Shown here in pieces: positions 35,767-45,802 of a DNA stretch of 64,000 nt. The DNA is taken from contig CBDDBZ010000036.1 in assembly GCA_965225945.1 (NCBI GenBank), positions 381,513-445,512 on the forward strand, written 5' to 3'. How positions within the stretch are numbered: position 1 is the first letter of the stretch; each line of letters opens with the position of its first letter. The notes beneath the pieces were generated by a model. The model had not been told where the DNA came from. It saw only the letters and a list, made by a program, of their open reading frames with translations, and searched no databases. The stretch comes from Alphaproteobacteria bacterium. Its GTDB lineage: Bacteria; Pseudomonadota; Alphaproteobacteria; GCA-2731375. The position numbers were made by a program, and so were the translations under genes.

Positions 35767-37032
35767 CATTGAACATCGGCCTGTCGAGAGCACTACACGA
35801 TATAGACGCGCGATAACTTCCCGCAGAACTCTGTCCTGCAAATTCATCGATATCATCAAGAGCAACTAATTCAGGAGTGCCCGATACTAAATTCTCATAC
35901 TTTCGGTCAATCATCCACGGGTAAAACTCAAAGGATCTTGAATAAAATACTCCGCAATTCCCCTTTTGCCGAGTGTGACGGGCGCGCGCTCTAGGAATAA
36001 CCGATGTAGACAAAATATCCCGGATGCTGGCCATAGCATCAGCTGAACGAAATCTCTCGGGTACTGAAGAACGAACCTTGCCTATCCGGTTATCACCCAC
36101 ACCCACTATATGTAGTGTGCACCCATTTTCCTGAGTAAAGCTCGGTGCAGGTCGAAGCGGAGATATCTCCGGCGATGCCGAGCAGGGACTCGGACGGCAT
36201 TGTAGCGGCTTTTAGGCGACACTTTAGCGTGGTGGAAATCTTAATCATTGAGTCGGATTTGGCAAAACGCCACGTTGCATAAAGGACCGTCACTTCATTG
36301 AAATTTTTCTGAAATCGGAGGTGAACGACACCGATGGAATATTCCAGGAAATCAGAGCTTCATTGAATTGTAGGATTCGAGTGCCGGATTATTCACAAAT
36401 AGCTCTGTGAACTGGTTTTCAAGTTCGCTCAATACGTCATATGGAGTAAACGGATTGAGGATCACGTTCTTGCGTGTCGCTTCGTCTTCGCTGCGACTCA
36501 AAACGCACAGGAGACTAACAGGCGCGGACGGGTTCTTCGCAACGATTCGTGCCAGCGCGTCGCTTTCTTCGACTAGTGCCGTCAATCGCTCAGACGATGT
36601 CGTTTCATCAGCAGCTTCCGTCTGGCCGTGGGCTTCTTCGTTTTTCCCTTGGTCGCCACCGTTCCGTCCCCGATGTTAAGTACGTGACGTGAATTAAACT
36701 CCGGTTCGGTTTTCAGAACAATCAAGAATTAGCCGGATCGCCTCCTCAATGCGCCTGCGCCGGCCCTTGCCTGCAGTCCAAGGAGACACACTACATATAG
36801 TGGGTGTGGGTGATAAACGGATAGGCAAGGAACGAACGAGGAGAACAGTTGGATAACATTTCCTGCCGAAAGCGTCGGTAAAGCGCTCCAAGAAAGTAGC
36901 ATGAATTGGGTGCGCAGCGTTGATTTCTTAAACGCGCGAATCTGACGCCGGCACGAACGCCGACGGGTGGGCTTCCATCGATTCGCTCAGCTCGACATTG
37001 GCGAGCACCGCCATGGGGCTCCATAAAGACAT
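35767..37032 (-). pseudogene. Hypothetical gene interrupted by element B and cut by element A
   Basis: Removing element B plus one TSD rejoins FLERFTDAFGRKCYPTVLLVR|SSVPERF..FYPWMIDR in frame; one internal TAA. Confidence 0.65.
36077..36829 (-). mobile_element. Non-autonomous element copy B (753 bp), inverted
   Basis: Near-identical reverse complement of copy A; 8-bp TSD GAACGAAC at 36069-36076 and 36830-36837. Confidence 0.92.
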
Positions 37033-37101
37033 GATTTGGGCCTACTTGCTGGCGAGCGTGCGGGGTGTGGACGATCCCAACAACCTAGCTCTTTACTACA
37101 C

Positions 37102-37493
37102 TGCTGAGAACGGCAGAGCAATAATCCCCCACTGAAGCGGCCGGTCGATCCCGGCTGCGGCGGACCAAAATGGGACCGCGTATAGCCTTCTGTCAGGGTT
37201 GCTCTGACTGGAAGGCGGGGGGATGTATCGGGTGGAGTTGTACGCACGGGTTCGGCGGGCGTGTCATGTCGAGGGGATGAGCACCCGCGAGGCCTCGCGG
37301 GTGTTTGGTGTAGACCGCAAGACGTCCGTAAGATGCTGTCGTTCTCGGTGCCGCCAGGGTATCGCCGAAGCGCGCCGCCGAGGCGGCCAAAGCTGGGTCC
37401 GTTCACGGGAATCATCGATCGGATCTTGGAAGACGATCGGACCAGCCACCGCAAGCAACGGCACACTGCGAAGCGCATCTTCGACCGCCTCCG
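37102..37493 (+). mobile_element. istA: IS21-family left end and istA 5' fragment
   Basis: TG-starting end; MYRVELYARVRRA..KLGPFTGIID..KQRHTAKRIF; frameshifted and interrupted. Confidence 0.8.
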
Positions 37494-38931
37494 GGGGATG
37501 TCCCGACCGCTGTTGAAAATGTGAGGTAGGCGTTGCTCGCCTTGAGCCGGTAGGCTCGGGGTGTTGAATCCAAACGAAAGGAAAGCAACGCCATGAAGAA
37601 ATCTACCACATCGGCCGCGGTTGTCCCGGCGGCAATCATCGAAGATGCCTGGCAAGAGGTTGGAGCGAGCTTCGAGCGCTTCTGCCTGACGACCGGCCTT
37701 GCGACTTTGGCCAGCATGCTGGAGGAGGATGCGACCCGGGTGTGCGGTCCCCGCTACGGCCGCGCTGACGGAAGGGATGGGCACCGCTGGGGCAAGACCA
37801 CGGGGAAGGTCGGCTTCCATGGCGGCAAGGTCGAGATCGAGCGGCCCCGCGTGCGTGCCCGCCACGGCGACGAGGTCACCCTGCCGAGCTGGGAGGCGGC
37901 ATTGTCGGAGGACCTGCTAGGCAAGTGGGCGCTCAACCTGATGCTGATCAACGTCTCGACGCGCAAGTTCGGCCGCGCCGTCCGCCTGCCGGAGGGCGAC
38001 GTGCCCGCGCCGAACGGAGCGGGGGTGTCCAAGTCGGCGGTATCGCGCCGGTTCGTGGCGTTTGTCGGCGGAACGCATGAAGCAATGGATGGCGGCCGAC
38101 CTGTCCAATCTGGACCTGCTGATCATCCAGATTGACGGTATCCACATCGGTGAGGACTTGATGCTTGCTGGCCGCCGTCGGCATCGACGGCAACGGCGAG
38201 AAGCATCCCCTCGGCGTGATCGAGGGGGCGACCGAGAATACCGCCGTGGTGCAGGCGCTGCTCGGACAACCTGGTCGGGCGTGGCCTGGAGGCGGCGGTC
38301 TGCCGCCTGTTCATCATCGACGGGGCCAAGGCACTGTCCAAGGCGATCCGCAACACCTTCGGCCGCCATACGCCGATCCAGCGTTGCCAGGTCCACAAGG
38401 CCCGCAACATCACCGAGCGCCTTGCCAAGCCCTTGCATGCCAGCGTCCGCAAAGCGCTGCGCCAAGCGTGGGAACTGGACGACGCCGACAAGGCCGAGCG
38501 GCTGATCAAGAACCTGGCGCGGCGCCTGGAACATGACGCGCCCGGCGTCTCCGCCAGCATCCTGGAGGGCCTCGACGAGATCCTCACCGTTACCCGCCTG
38601 GGCCTGCCGGTCGAACTGCGCCCGTTCGCTCGCCTGCACCAACATCATCGAGAACATGAACGGGACCATCCGGCAGGTCCTGCCGCAACGTCAAACGCTG
38701 GCGGGACGCCAAGATGGCGCTCCGTTGGACCGGCGCCGCCATGCTGGAGGCCGCCAAGGGCTTCCGGCGGCTCAAGGCCCACAAGCAACTACCGATCCTG
38801 CGGGCAGCCCTGGCGGCCCATCAGGCCAGCCACTTCATCAACTCCGACCTTGAACAGCAGGCCAAGGCTGCGTAGCCTGCTCAACCAGCAATGCCTGCTG
38901 AACGAATTTCAACAGTAGGCGGGACATTCCC
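37494..38931 (+). mobile_element. IS256-family element with frameshifted transposase (37593-38875)
   Basis: TIRs GGGGATGTCCCG..CTGTTGAAA; 8-bp TSD CGCCTCCG; VSTRK, IDG, QRCQVHK, TNIIE motifs across frames. Confidence 0.9.
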
Positions 38932-38943
38932 CGCCTCCGGATT

Positions 38944-38988
38944 TGGTTGCGGGGGTTGGATTTGAACCAACGACCTTCAGGTTATGAG
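38944..38988 (-). other. att site: 3' half of initiator tRNA-Met
   Basis: Reverse complement CTCATAACCTGAAGGTCGTTGGTTCAAATCCAACCCCCGCAACCA; 5' half absent; adjacent to integrase. Confidence 0.9.
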
Positions 38989-39156
38989 TTTGAAATTATT
39001 GTCATGACATACATGCGCTGGAGTGCGCTTCAGTGCGATAAACCATAGAGTTATGGACCTTTTGAGTGCGCAGGGGTGCGCTTCAATGCGCCTTGACTTG
39101 CTCTCTCTAGGTACCTATAAGGTGCCTGATATCCGATTGCAAGGGGATAAAGCGCG

Positions 39157-40302
39157 GTGGCCAAAATTACCAAGCGCACCGTCGATGCACTGGCCGGCCA
39201 AGAGCGCGAGCGCGTTGTCTGGGACGACGACCTCAAAGGATTCGGGGTGCGCGTTCACCCCACCGGACGCAAGGTCTATATCGTCAAGACCCGCTATCGC
39301 GGCCGGGTGATAAAGATGACCATAGGCCCCCATGGCGCCGTCACCCCCTCCTATGCCCGCGTACGCGCCGCCGAGATCATCACCGACGCGAGAGCGGGAA
39401 AGAATCCCGCGGGGCGCAATGCCGACGCACCGACCATGATCGCGCTGGGGAAACGGTTCCTGAAGGAATATGTCTCCACCCATTGCAAGCCGAGCACGGC
39501 CGAGGAATACCGCCGCTCAGTCAAGCTGTTCATCGATCCCCGGATCGGCAGGTACCGGGTGCCCGATATTCAGAGGAGCGATATCGCGGCGCTCCATCAC
39601 GATATGCGCGACACGCCCTATCAGGCCAACCGCACGCTTGGGGTTTTGTCCAAGATGTTCAATCTGGCCGAGCTGTGGGATCTCCGCCCCGACGGCACGA
39701 ACCCGTGCCGGCATGTAAGAAGGTTCCGGGAGGAGAAGCGCGAGCGGTTTCTATCGGATGTCGAGTATCAACGTCTGGGCGCAGCCCTGAAAGAGATCGA
39801 GGTGGACGGTACGGAGACGGCGTCAGCCACCGTCGCGGTCCGGTTGCTGATGCTGACCGGGTGCCGTCTATCGGAGATACAGAAGCTGCTCTGGGAGCAT
39901 GTCGATCTGGAGGCGAGTGAGTTGCGCCTGCCCGATACCAAGACGGGCGCCAAGGTGGTGTATCTCGGGGACCCGGCGATCGCCGTCCTTGAGCGCATCG
40001 ACAGGCGTGACGGCAACCCTTGGGTGATCGCGGGGCGCAAACCGGGAGGTCATCTTACTGACCTGCAACATCCCTGGCGGCGTATCCGCGCGCGCGCCGG
40101 GCTCGACGATGTACGAATTCATGACTTGAGGCACTCTTTCGCCAGCGGCGGGTTACTGGTCGGCGAGGGTTTGCCAATGATCGGAAAATTGCTGGGACAC
40201 ACCCAAGTGCAGACAACCGCCCGTTACGCCCATCTCGCTAATGATCCCGTCAAATCCGCCGCCAATAGAATAGCGAGCAGAATCGCCGAAGTCAGCGGGT
40301 GA
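39157..40302 (+). CDS. Tyrosine recombinase/integrase with arm-binding domain
   Basis: WDDDLKGFGVRV arm domain; TGCR, TKTG, HDLRH, LGH, ARYAH. Confidence 0.95.
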   Translation: MAKITKRTVDALAGQERERVVWDDDLKGFGVRVHPTGRKVYIVKTRYRGRVIKMTIGPHGAVTPSYARVRAAEIITDARAGKNPAGRNADAPTMIALGKRFLKEYVSTHCKPSTAEEYRRSVKLFIDPRIGRYRVPDIQRSDIAALHHDMRDTPYQANRTLGVLSKMFNLAELWDLRPDGTNPCRHVRRFREEKRERFLSDVEYQRLGAALKEIEVDGTETASATVAVRLLMLTGCRLSEIQKLLWEHVDLEASELRLPDTKTGAKVVYLGDPAIAVLERIDRRDGNPWVIAGRKPGGHLTDLQHPWRRIRARAGLDDVRIHDLRHSFASGGLLVGEGLPMIGKLLGHTQVQTTARYAHLANDPVKSAANRIASRIAEVSG

Positions 40303-40357
40303 GGCGGTAATATCAGCGCCGGCAAGATTCTCTATCTATTCTGAAGCAATATCCGTC

Positions 40358-40517
40358 CGGGGCTGCACTATTCGAGTACATCGAGATCTTCTATAACCAA
40401 CGATGGCGCCACTTGAGCATCGGCTACCGGACGCCGGCACAGGCCAGGAAGGACATGACCATCGCTCAGGCCGCATAGGTGAAGAACCACCTGGTCCGGA
40501 ATTTGAGGTCAACGTCA
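40358..40517 (+). mobile_element. IS3-family 3' remnant
   Basis: Reads LFEYIEIFYNQRWRHLSIGYRTP, then an end terminating in CA. Confidence 0.75.
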
Positions 40518-40769
40518 GCATGTCAGCCCGATGGATGATCCCGTCAACTACCCGGCCAGATAAATGCGGACATGCGACGTCAGGACATGGAGTGAATCCG
40601 CTTACTATACGATTACGGTTCGCCGGATAGGTTGACATAGTGGGCCTGAAAGAAAGACATTTATCAATATATTACAACGACTTGAACGTCGGAAGGCTAG
40701 CTGTTGTTGCACAAGGGCCGATCAGACCGTTTGCACTGCCAACATAAGTTACGCCTCGTGTCTTCCCTC

Positions 40770-41162
40770 CTACACTGCCGTCTCCGGCTCCACCAGCGAC
40801 TCCGCTTTGGCGCGGTCATCGGCAGATATGGCTACCGTGGTGTGGCCATTTCGGCGGTCCAGTATGTGTAGGCTCTGGATATTCACGCCGCCCTGCTTGA
40901 ACTTCTCTGCTATCTTGGCCAGCGCGCCCGGTTCGTCGTGCAGTCTCAGGATTAGCGAGTCGTCGGATACCGTCTTGAATCCCGCGTCCGTCAGCGCGCG
41001 CAGGGCGCCATCGTAGTCGTCCGTGGTGAGCGTTATCGCGCCCTTCTCTCCGAGTGCCTCCGTGCTGATGGTTTCGATATTGATGTTGCGGTCGGCCAAT
41101 GCTCCGGCGATGTCGGCGATAACGCCTGCCTCGTTGTTTGCTATTACTACGATCCTGGTCAT
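40770..41162 (-). CDS. Tandem ACT-domain protein
   Basis: NEAGVIADIAGALADRNINI and DEPGALAKIAEKFKQGGVNI. Confidence 0.85.
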   Translation of the reverse strand: MTRIVVIANNEAGVIADIAGALADRNINIETISTEALGEKGAITLTTDDYDGALRALTDAGFKTVSDDSLILRLHDEPGALAKIAEKFKQGGVNIQSLHILDRRNGHTTVAISADDRAKAESLVEPETAV

Positions 41163-41194
41163 GCGATTGTCCCCGTTGTCGTCTTGTGTTGCTG

Positions 41195-42289
41195 TTACTC
41201 CATGCAGTCGTCCACCACGGCGTCGATAGTCTCGCGTGTTACGTGCGGCATCGCGATGAGGTGCGCGATGTCCTCGTAGGGCGCGAGCTGCCACTTGCGT
41301 ACGACATCTGCTGGCGGCCTGGGGAACACGACGGTGACCGAGTTCTTGTTGCGCCACGCAGGGATGCCGCCGTCGTTGAAGCGCGTAACCGCGTATTCCG
41401 CCGTCTCAAGGCATCCGTTCACGATGCGCCTGAAGCCGTCCAGCCCCTGCTGCTCGAACGCGTACCACATCATCAGCGGCGTGAGGCCGTTGCGTGAGCC
41501 TGTGAGTGTGGTGTCCAACACGCCCACGTATTCGATGGCGCGCGCGATGCGCGACACGTATTCGCACCGGGTCAGCGCGACGCCGCAGGGCAGTGGCGAG
41601 CCGACCATCTTGTGCCCGCTGACCGACACGCTGTCGAACCCGACGTCGAACCCGTAGGGCTGCGGGTCGTCCACGAACGGCAGTATCATGCCGCTCAGGG
41701 CAGCGTCCGCGTGTAAGTAGGACCTGGTCACCGCGAGGTCGTTCAGGATGTCACGGATCTTGCCCACGTCGTCTATCGCGCCCTTCATCGTCGTGCCTAT
41801 GTTCGCCATCATTATTGCAGGCACGTCCCGGTTGATGCGAATCGTTTCGTAGAGGTCGTCGTAATCTATCTCGCCGTTGTCTTGGCTCCTTATCATAATG
41901 TTGCGCACCTTCAGCACGCTCATAATCTTGACCACGCTGTAGTGAGTATCCTGCGAGAAATAGACCACGCCGTCCGGATAGAGTTCCCGCCCCAGGTACA
42001 GGCCGTACATATTGCCCTCGGTGCCGCCCGACGTGACGTAGCCCCACACCTGTTCGCGCGAGATATGCATCAAGTCAGCGAAGATGCCGATGACCTCGCG
42101 CTCCATCTGGTGGGTGTTGCTGCGGAAGTTGCTGTCGTGGAAAGGGTCGCCCACGTTGTTGATTGCGTATCGCATGAAGGGCAGCAGTGCGGTGTAGTCG
42201 AAGTCCTGATTGCCGGGATAGCCAACAGAATGCCGACTCAACGCGTCGAATTCTCGAAGAAGGGAATCGAGTCGTCCCTGAGTATCCAC
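41195..42289 (-). CDS. hdc: PLP-dependent histidine decarboxylase-like enzyme
   Basis: GYP.N.DFDY, NNVGDP, GGTEGN, THYS, HADAA, SGHK, GSRNG. Confidence 0.85.
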   Translation of the reverse strand: MDTQGRLDSLLREFDALSRHSVGYPGNQDFDYTALLPFMRYAINNVGDPFHDSNFRSNTHQMEREVIGIFADLMHISREQVWGYVTSGGTEGNMYGLYLGRELYPDGVVYFSQDTHYSVVKIMSVLKVRNIMIRSQDNGEIDYDDLYETIRINRDVPAIMMANIGTTMKGAIDDVGKIRDILNDLAVTRSYLHADAALSGMILPFVDDPQPYGFDVGFDSVSVSGHKMVGSPLPCGVALTRCEYVSRIARAIEYVGVLDTTLTGSRNGLTPLMMWYAFEQQGLDGFRRIVNGCLETAEYAVTRFNDGGIPAWRNKNSVTVVFPRPPADVVRKWQLAPYEDIAHLIAMPHVTRETIDAVVDDCME

Positions 42290-42316
42290 AGTTGCCTCCC
42301 GTCACTAAATCATCGT

Positions 42317-43321
42317 ATCGCTTATGCACGACGTTCCGGCGGCACGAGATGTTGCGTTGGGCGTGGTTGTAGGATAGTTTGTTCCTGGTTTGTTCGCTTA
42401 CCAGGGGCCGCCCCATGGATCGCTTCCCCGACAGTCTGATCGCCTTCCAACGCATGTTCCCGCACGACGACGCCTGCGCGGCGTGGCTCGCCTCGGTGCG
42501 CTGGCCCGAGGGCTTCGAATGCCCGCGCTGCGGTCATGATCACGGCTGGGCGCTACGCGGCAAGCCCACACGTTCGAGTGCGCGCGCTGCCATCGCCAGA
42601 CCTCGGTGACGGCGGGGACCATCCTGCACGGCAGCAAGCTCGCGCTCACCGTCTGGTTCTGGGCCGCCTACCTGATGGCGACGCATTCGAACGGGATCGC
42701 GGCGCTGCAGCTCCAGAACCAGCTCGGGATCGGTTCTTATCGCAGCGCCTGGCTGCTCGCCGCCAAGCTGCGCAAAGCCATGGTCGATCCCGAGCGCGAC
42801 CCGTTGTCGGGCCTCATCGAGGTCGACGAGACCGCGCTGGCGTTCCGCACCAAGAATGATCCCGTGGCCGGCGGCGCCGGGCGCAGCCACGACGGCAAGC
42901 TGCTCGTCGTCGGCGCCGTCGAGGTCGGCGACGGCAACGCGCCGGGCCGCCTGCGCCTGGCCGAGATCGCGTCCGCGGCGCCGAAAGCCTCAAGCTTCAT
43001 CGGCCACAACATCGCCGCCGCCAGCACCGCCAAGACCGACGGCTGGGCCGGCTACGCCGCGGCCCCCGTCGAGACCCACGATCCCCGTCATCGGTTCCAT
43101 GGCCGCCCACCTCGTGCTGCCCGATCAGGTGTTCTCCAATCTCAAGGGCTGGGCGGCGGCGTCTTACTGCGCGCCAAGCACCTGCAAAGCTATCTCGACG
43201 AGTTCGTGTTCCGCTTCAACGCCGGACACGCCACGCCGCCTTCCGCTCGCTGTTCGGCATCGCCGATGTGCACCACGCCCTTCACCTACAACATGTTTTC
43301 GGAAGCTGGTGCATAAGCGAT
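42317..43321 (+). mobile_element. IS1595-family element with frameshifted transposase
   Basis: TIR ATCGCTTATGCAC; 8-bp TSD ATCATCGT; Zn ribbon CPRC, EVDET, TDGW, YLDEFVFRFN. Confidence 0.93.
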
Positions 43322-43511
43322 ATCATCGTATGCAAATTAGCTACGCAGAAACAAGCTTCGCCTTACTATCACCGACCCACTCGAAGTGCGGCGGGTCTTA
43401 CGGTCGAGTGGAGTGGACCCGCATTTCCCAGATAGACGATGATTTCTGACGGTCTCAACGCCGATTTAAGTATAATAATCAAATGGATAATGGCGATAGG
43501 GGGCACAATAA

Positions 43512-44553
43512 ATGGCACATCCGATGGGTGAATCGAAACGGGACGGACTTCGGGTCGATTTCGACCGCCGCCTGAAGCTGGAATTTCACGGGTCCAAGAT
43601 CACCTCTGACGGCGGGTTGCTGGCCTATCGGGAGCTTGATGATGCCCTTGGCCTGACCGAGGTTGCCGGGACTATTTTCCAGGACAGCCGTACCGGCAAG
43701 AACGGATGGCACGGCATGACGGGGCAGTTCCGTCAGTCGGTGTTTGGTCGCCTTGGTGGTTATGAGGACGTAAACGACGCCGACCGTCTCGGACGTGATC
43801 CTGCCATGCGGTGGATTGTTGGTGGCAAGGCCGTCGAAAGACAGGCTGCGTCCACCAGCCAGATGGGGCGGTTCGAGACGGAGCTTCTGGCGACCGATGC
43901 GAACATCGAAGTCCTGGCTGGGATGAACGGGGCGTGGATCGACAAGGTTCATGACCGCCGCCCACCGAAGATGATCATCCTCGACATGGACTCAAGCGTC
44001 AGCCCGACCCATGGCGAACAAGAGGGAACGGCGTACAATGGTCACTTCGGCTGCACCTGCTACCATCCACTATTCCTGTTCAACCAGTTCGGCGATCTGG
44101 AGCGGTGTTCCCTTCGCCCCGGCAATGTCCACAGTGCCGACGGTTGGCGTGAGGTTCTGGAACCGGTCGTTGAGCGTTATCGGGAACGGAACCTGCGCCG
44201 CTACTTCCGAGGGGACGCCGCCTTTGCCGCACCGGACATCTACGAGTTCCTGGAAAGTGAGGGTTTTCTCTACGCGATCCGGTTGCCGAAGAACCAAATT
44301 CTTCAGGAAAGCATTGCCCACCTGCTGACCCGCCCCGTCGGTCGTCCGCCGAACCATGTGCGGCGCTATTACGCCAGCTTCAGGTATCAGGCTGGAAGTT
44401 GGGACAGGAAGCGGCGCGTGGTGGCCAAGGTGGAATGGCACCCCGGCGAGTTGTGCCCCCGCGTCGGCTTTATTGTCACCAACCTGTCGCGGCCCGCCGA
44501 ACGGGTGGTGGCGTTTTATAATCACCGTGGGACAGCGGAGCAGTACATCAAGG
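43512..44553 (+). pseudogene. IS1380-family transposase truncated by IS6
   Basis: TSDGGLL, LDMDSS, RGDAAF, YNHRGTAEQYIK then IS6 end. Confidence 0.9.
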
Positions 44554-45357
44554 GGCGTTGTCAGAGCAAATCGGCTTGAGCCACCTGGCGAGGTCCCTTA
44601 GCGTTTAGGAATGCAAAACCCCTTTCGATATTTCAACAGTTCGCCCGAGATCATCCGGCTCGCTGTGATGATGTATGTTCGGTTCCCGCTGTCGCTGCGG
44701 CAGGTCGAGGACCTGCTGTCCGAGCGTGGCATTGACATCTGCCACGAGACGGTACGGTTGTGGTGGAACCGCTTCGGTCCGCTGTTTGCCGCCGAGATCC
44801 GGAAGCGCCGGGTTCATCGTCATTGTTATTCGAACTGGCGCTGGCACCTTGATGAGGTGTTCGTGCGGATCAACGGGAAGACCTACTATTTGTGGCGCGC
44901 TGTTGACCACGAAGGCGAAGTGCTTGAGGTTTTTGCCACGAAACGGCGGGATCGCAGGGCTGCACTCAGGTTTCTGAAACGCACGATCAAGCGTTATGGC
45001 CGGCCGGCTTCGGTCGTCACGGACGGGCTTCCGTCATACCGGGCTGCGATGAATGTGATCGGCAATGCAACCGCCCAGACCCGCGGTCGTTGGCTAAACA
45101 ACCGGGCCGAAAACTCACATCAACCCTTTCGGCGACGGGAACGCGCAATGGCAAGGTTCAAGAGTGAAAGGACGCTGCAGAAATTTACCTCAATCCATGC
45201 TTCGGTTCACAACCACTTCAATCACCAACGGCATCTCAACCGCCGCGATATTTTCAAACAAGCCCGGGACGCCGCCTTGGCCGAGTGGCGTCAACTCGCA
45301 GCCTGAGGGCCTTCGACGGTAGGTCTACAGGTCCGATCCAGTTAGTCTGACAATGCC
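44554..45357 (+). mobile_element. IS6-family element copy 1 (transposase 44611-45306)
   Basis: GGCGTTGTCAGA / TCTGACAATGCC TIRs; WHLDE, VTDG, NNRAENSH. Confidence 0.95.
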
Positions 45358-45802
45358 ATCATCCGTATGCCGCTGGAGACGAGATCCATGAGCAGCGGCG
45401 GCGACTCCTCGATCTTGGTCGGCGGGAGGCGATGCGGCGGATCACCAAGGGATTTGATATAGCCGATCTGAAGGAGCCAAAGGCGCTGCTAGATGAGCTG
45501 TCTTGACCGCTGAGGTTGTATGCTCCGCCCCGGACTTTTGATCGTCTCGCTACTGGACTCCTCTGTCCGCCGAACTTACGCGGGAGTCCGCTTCGGCCTC
45601 AGCCTGTTCTCTAACTCGGGTGCCGGATGTCACCCCGGGAACGATCGCGACGGTACGGCTGAGCTACGCCAGCTTCCGCTTTGCCTTTGGCACCGGACAT
45701 CCAAGGGACAACCCCGAGGCGGTGGGGCCGCTGCGACGCTCAGCCGGATCGTTCCGGTATTGAGCGGGTTGTACTATCGCGCTGATTTAAGAAGCCGTCC
45801 AC

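Noticed and set aside
37593-38875. Programmed frameshifting in IS256 and IS1595 transposases
   Set aside because: Several scattered indels; decay or sequencing error is more likely
38944-38988. Functional tRNA-Met
   Set aside because: Only the anticodon loop to CCA is present; no D arm or 5' acceptor strand
39157-40302. Prophage or integron integrase
   Set aside because: No phage structural genes; has an arm-binding domain and a tRNA att, unlike IntI
45443-45506. Gene ending TKGFDIADLKEPKALLDELS
   Set aside because: Resembles the C-terminus of cyclase/ATPase-TPR proteins but is too short to call
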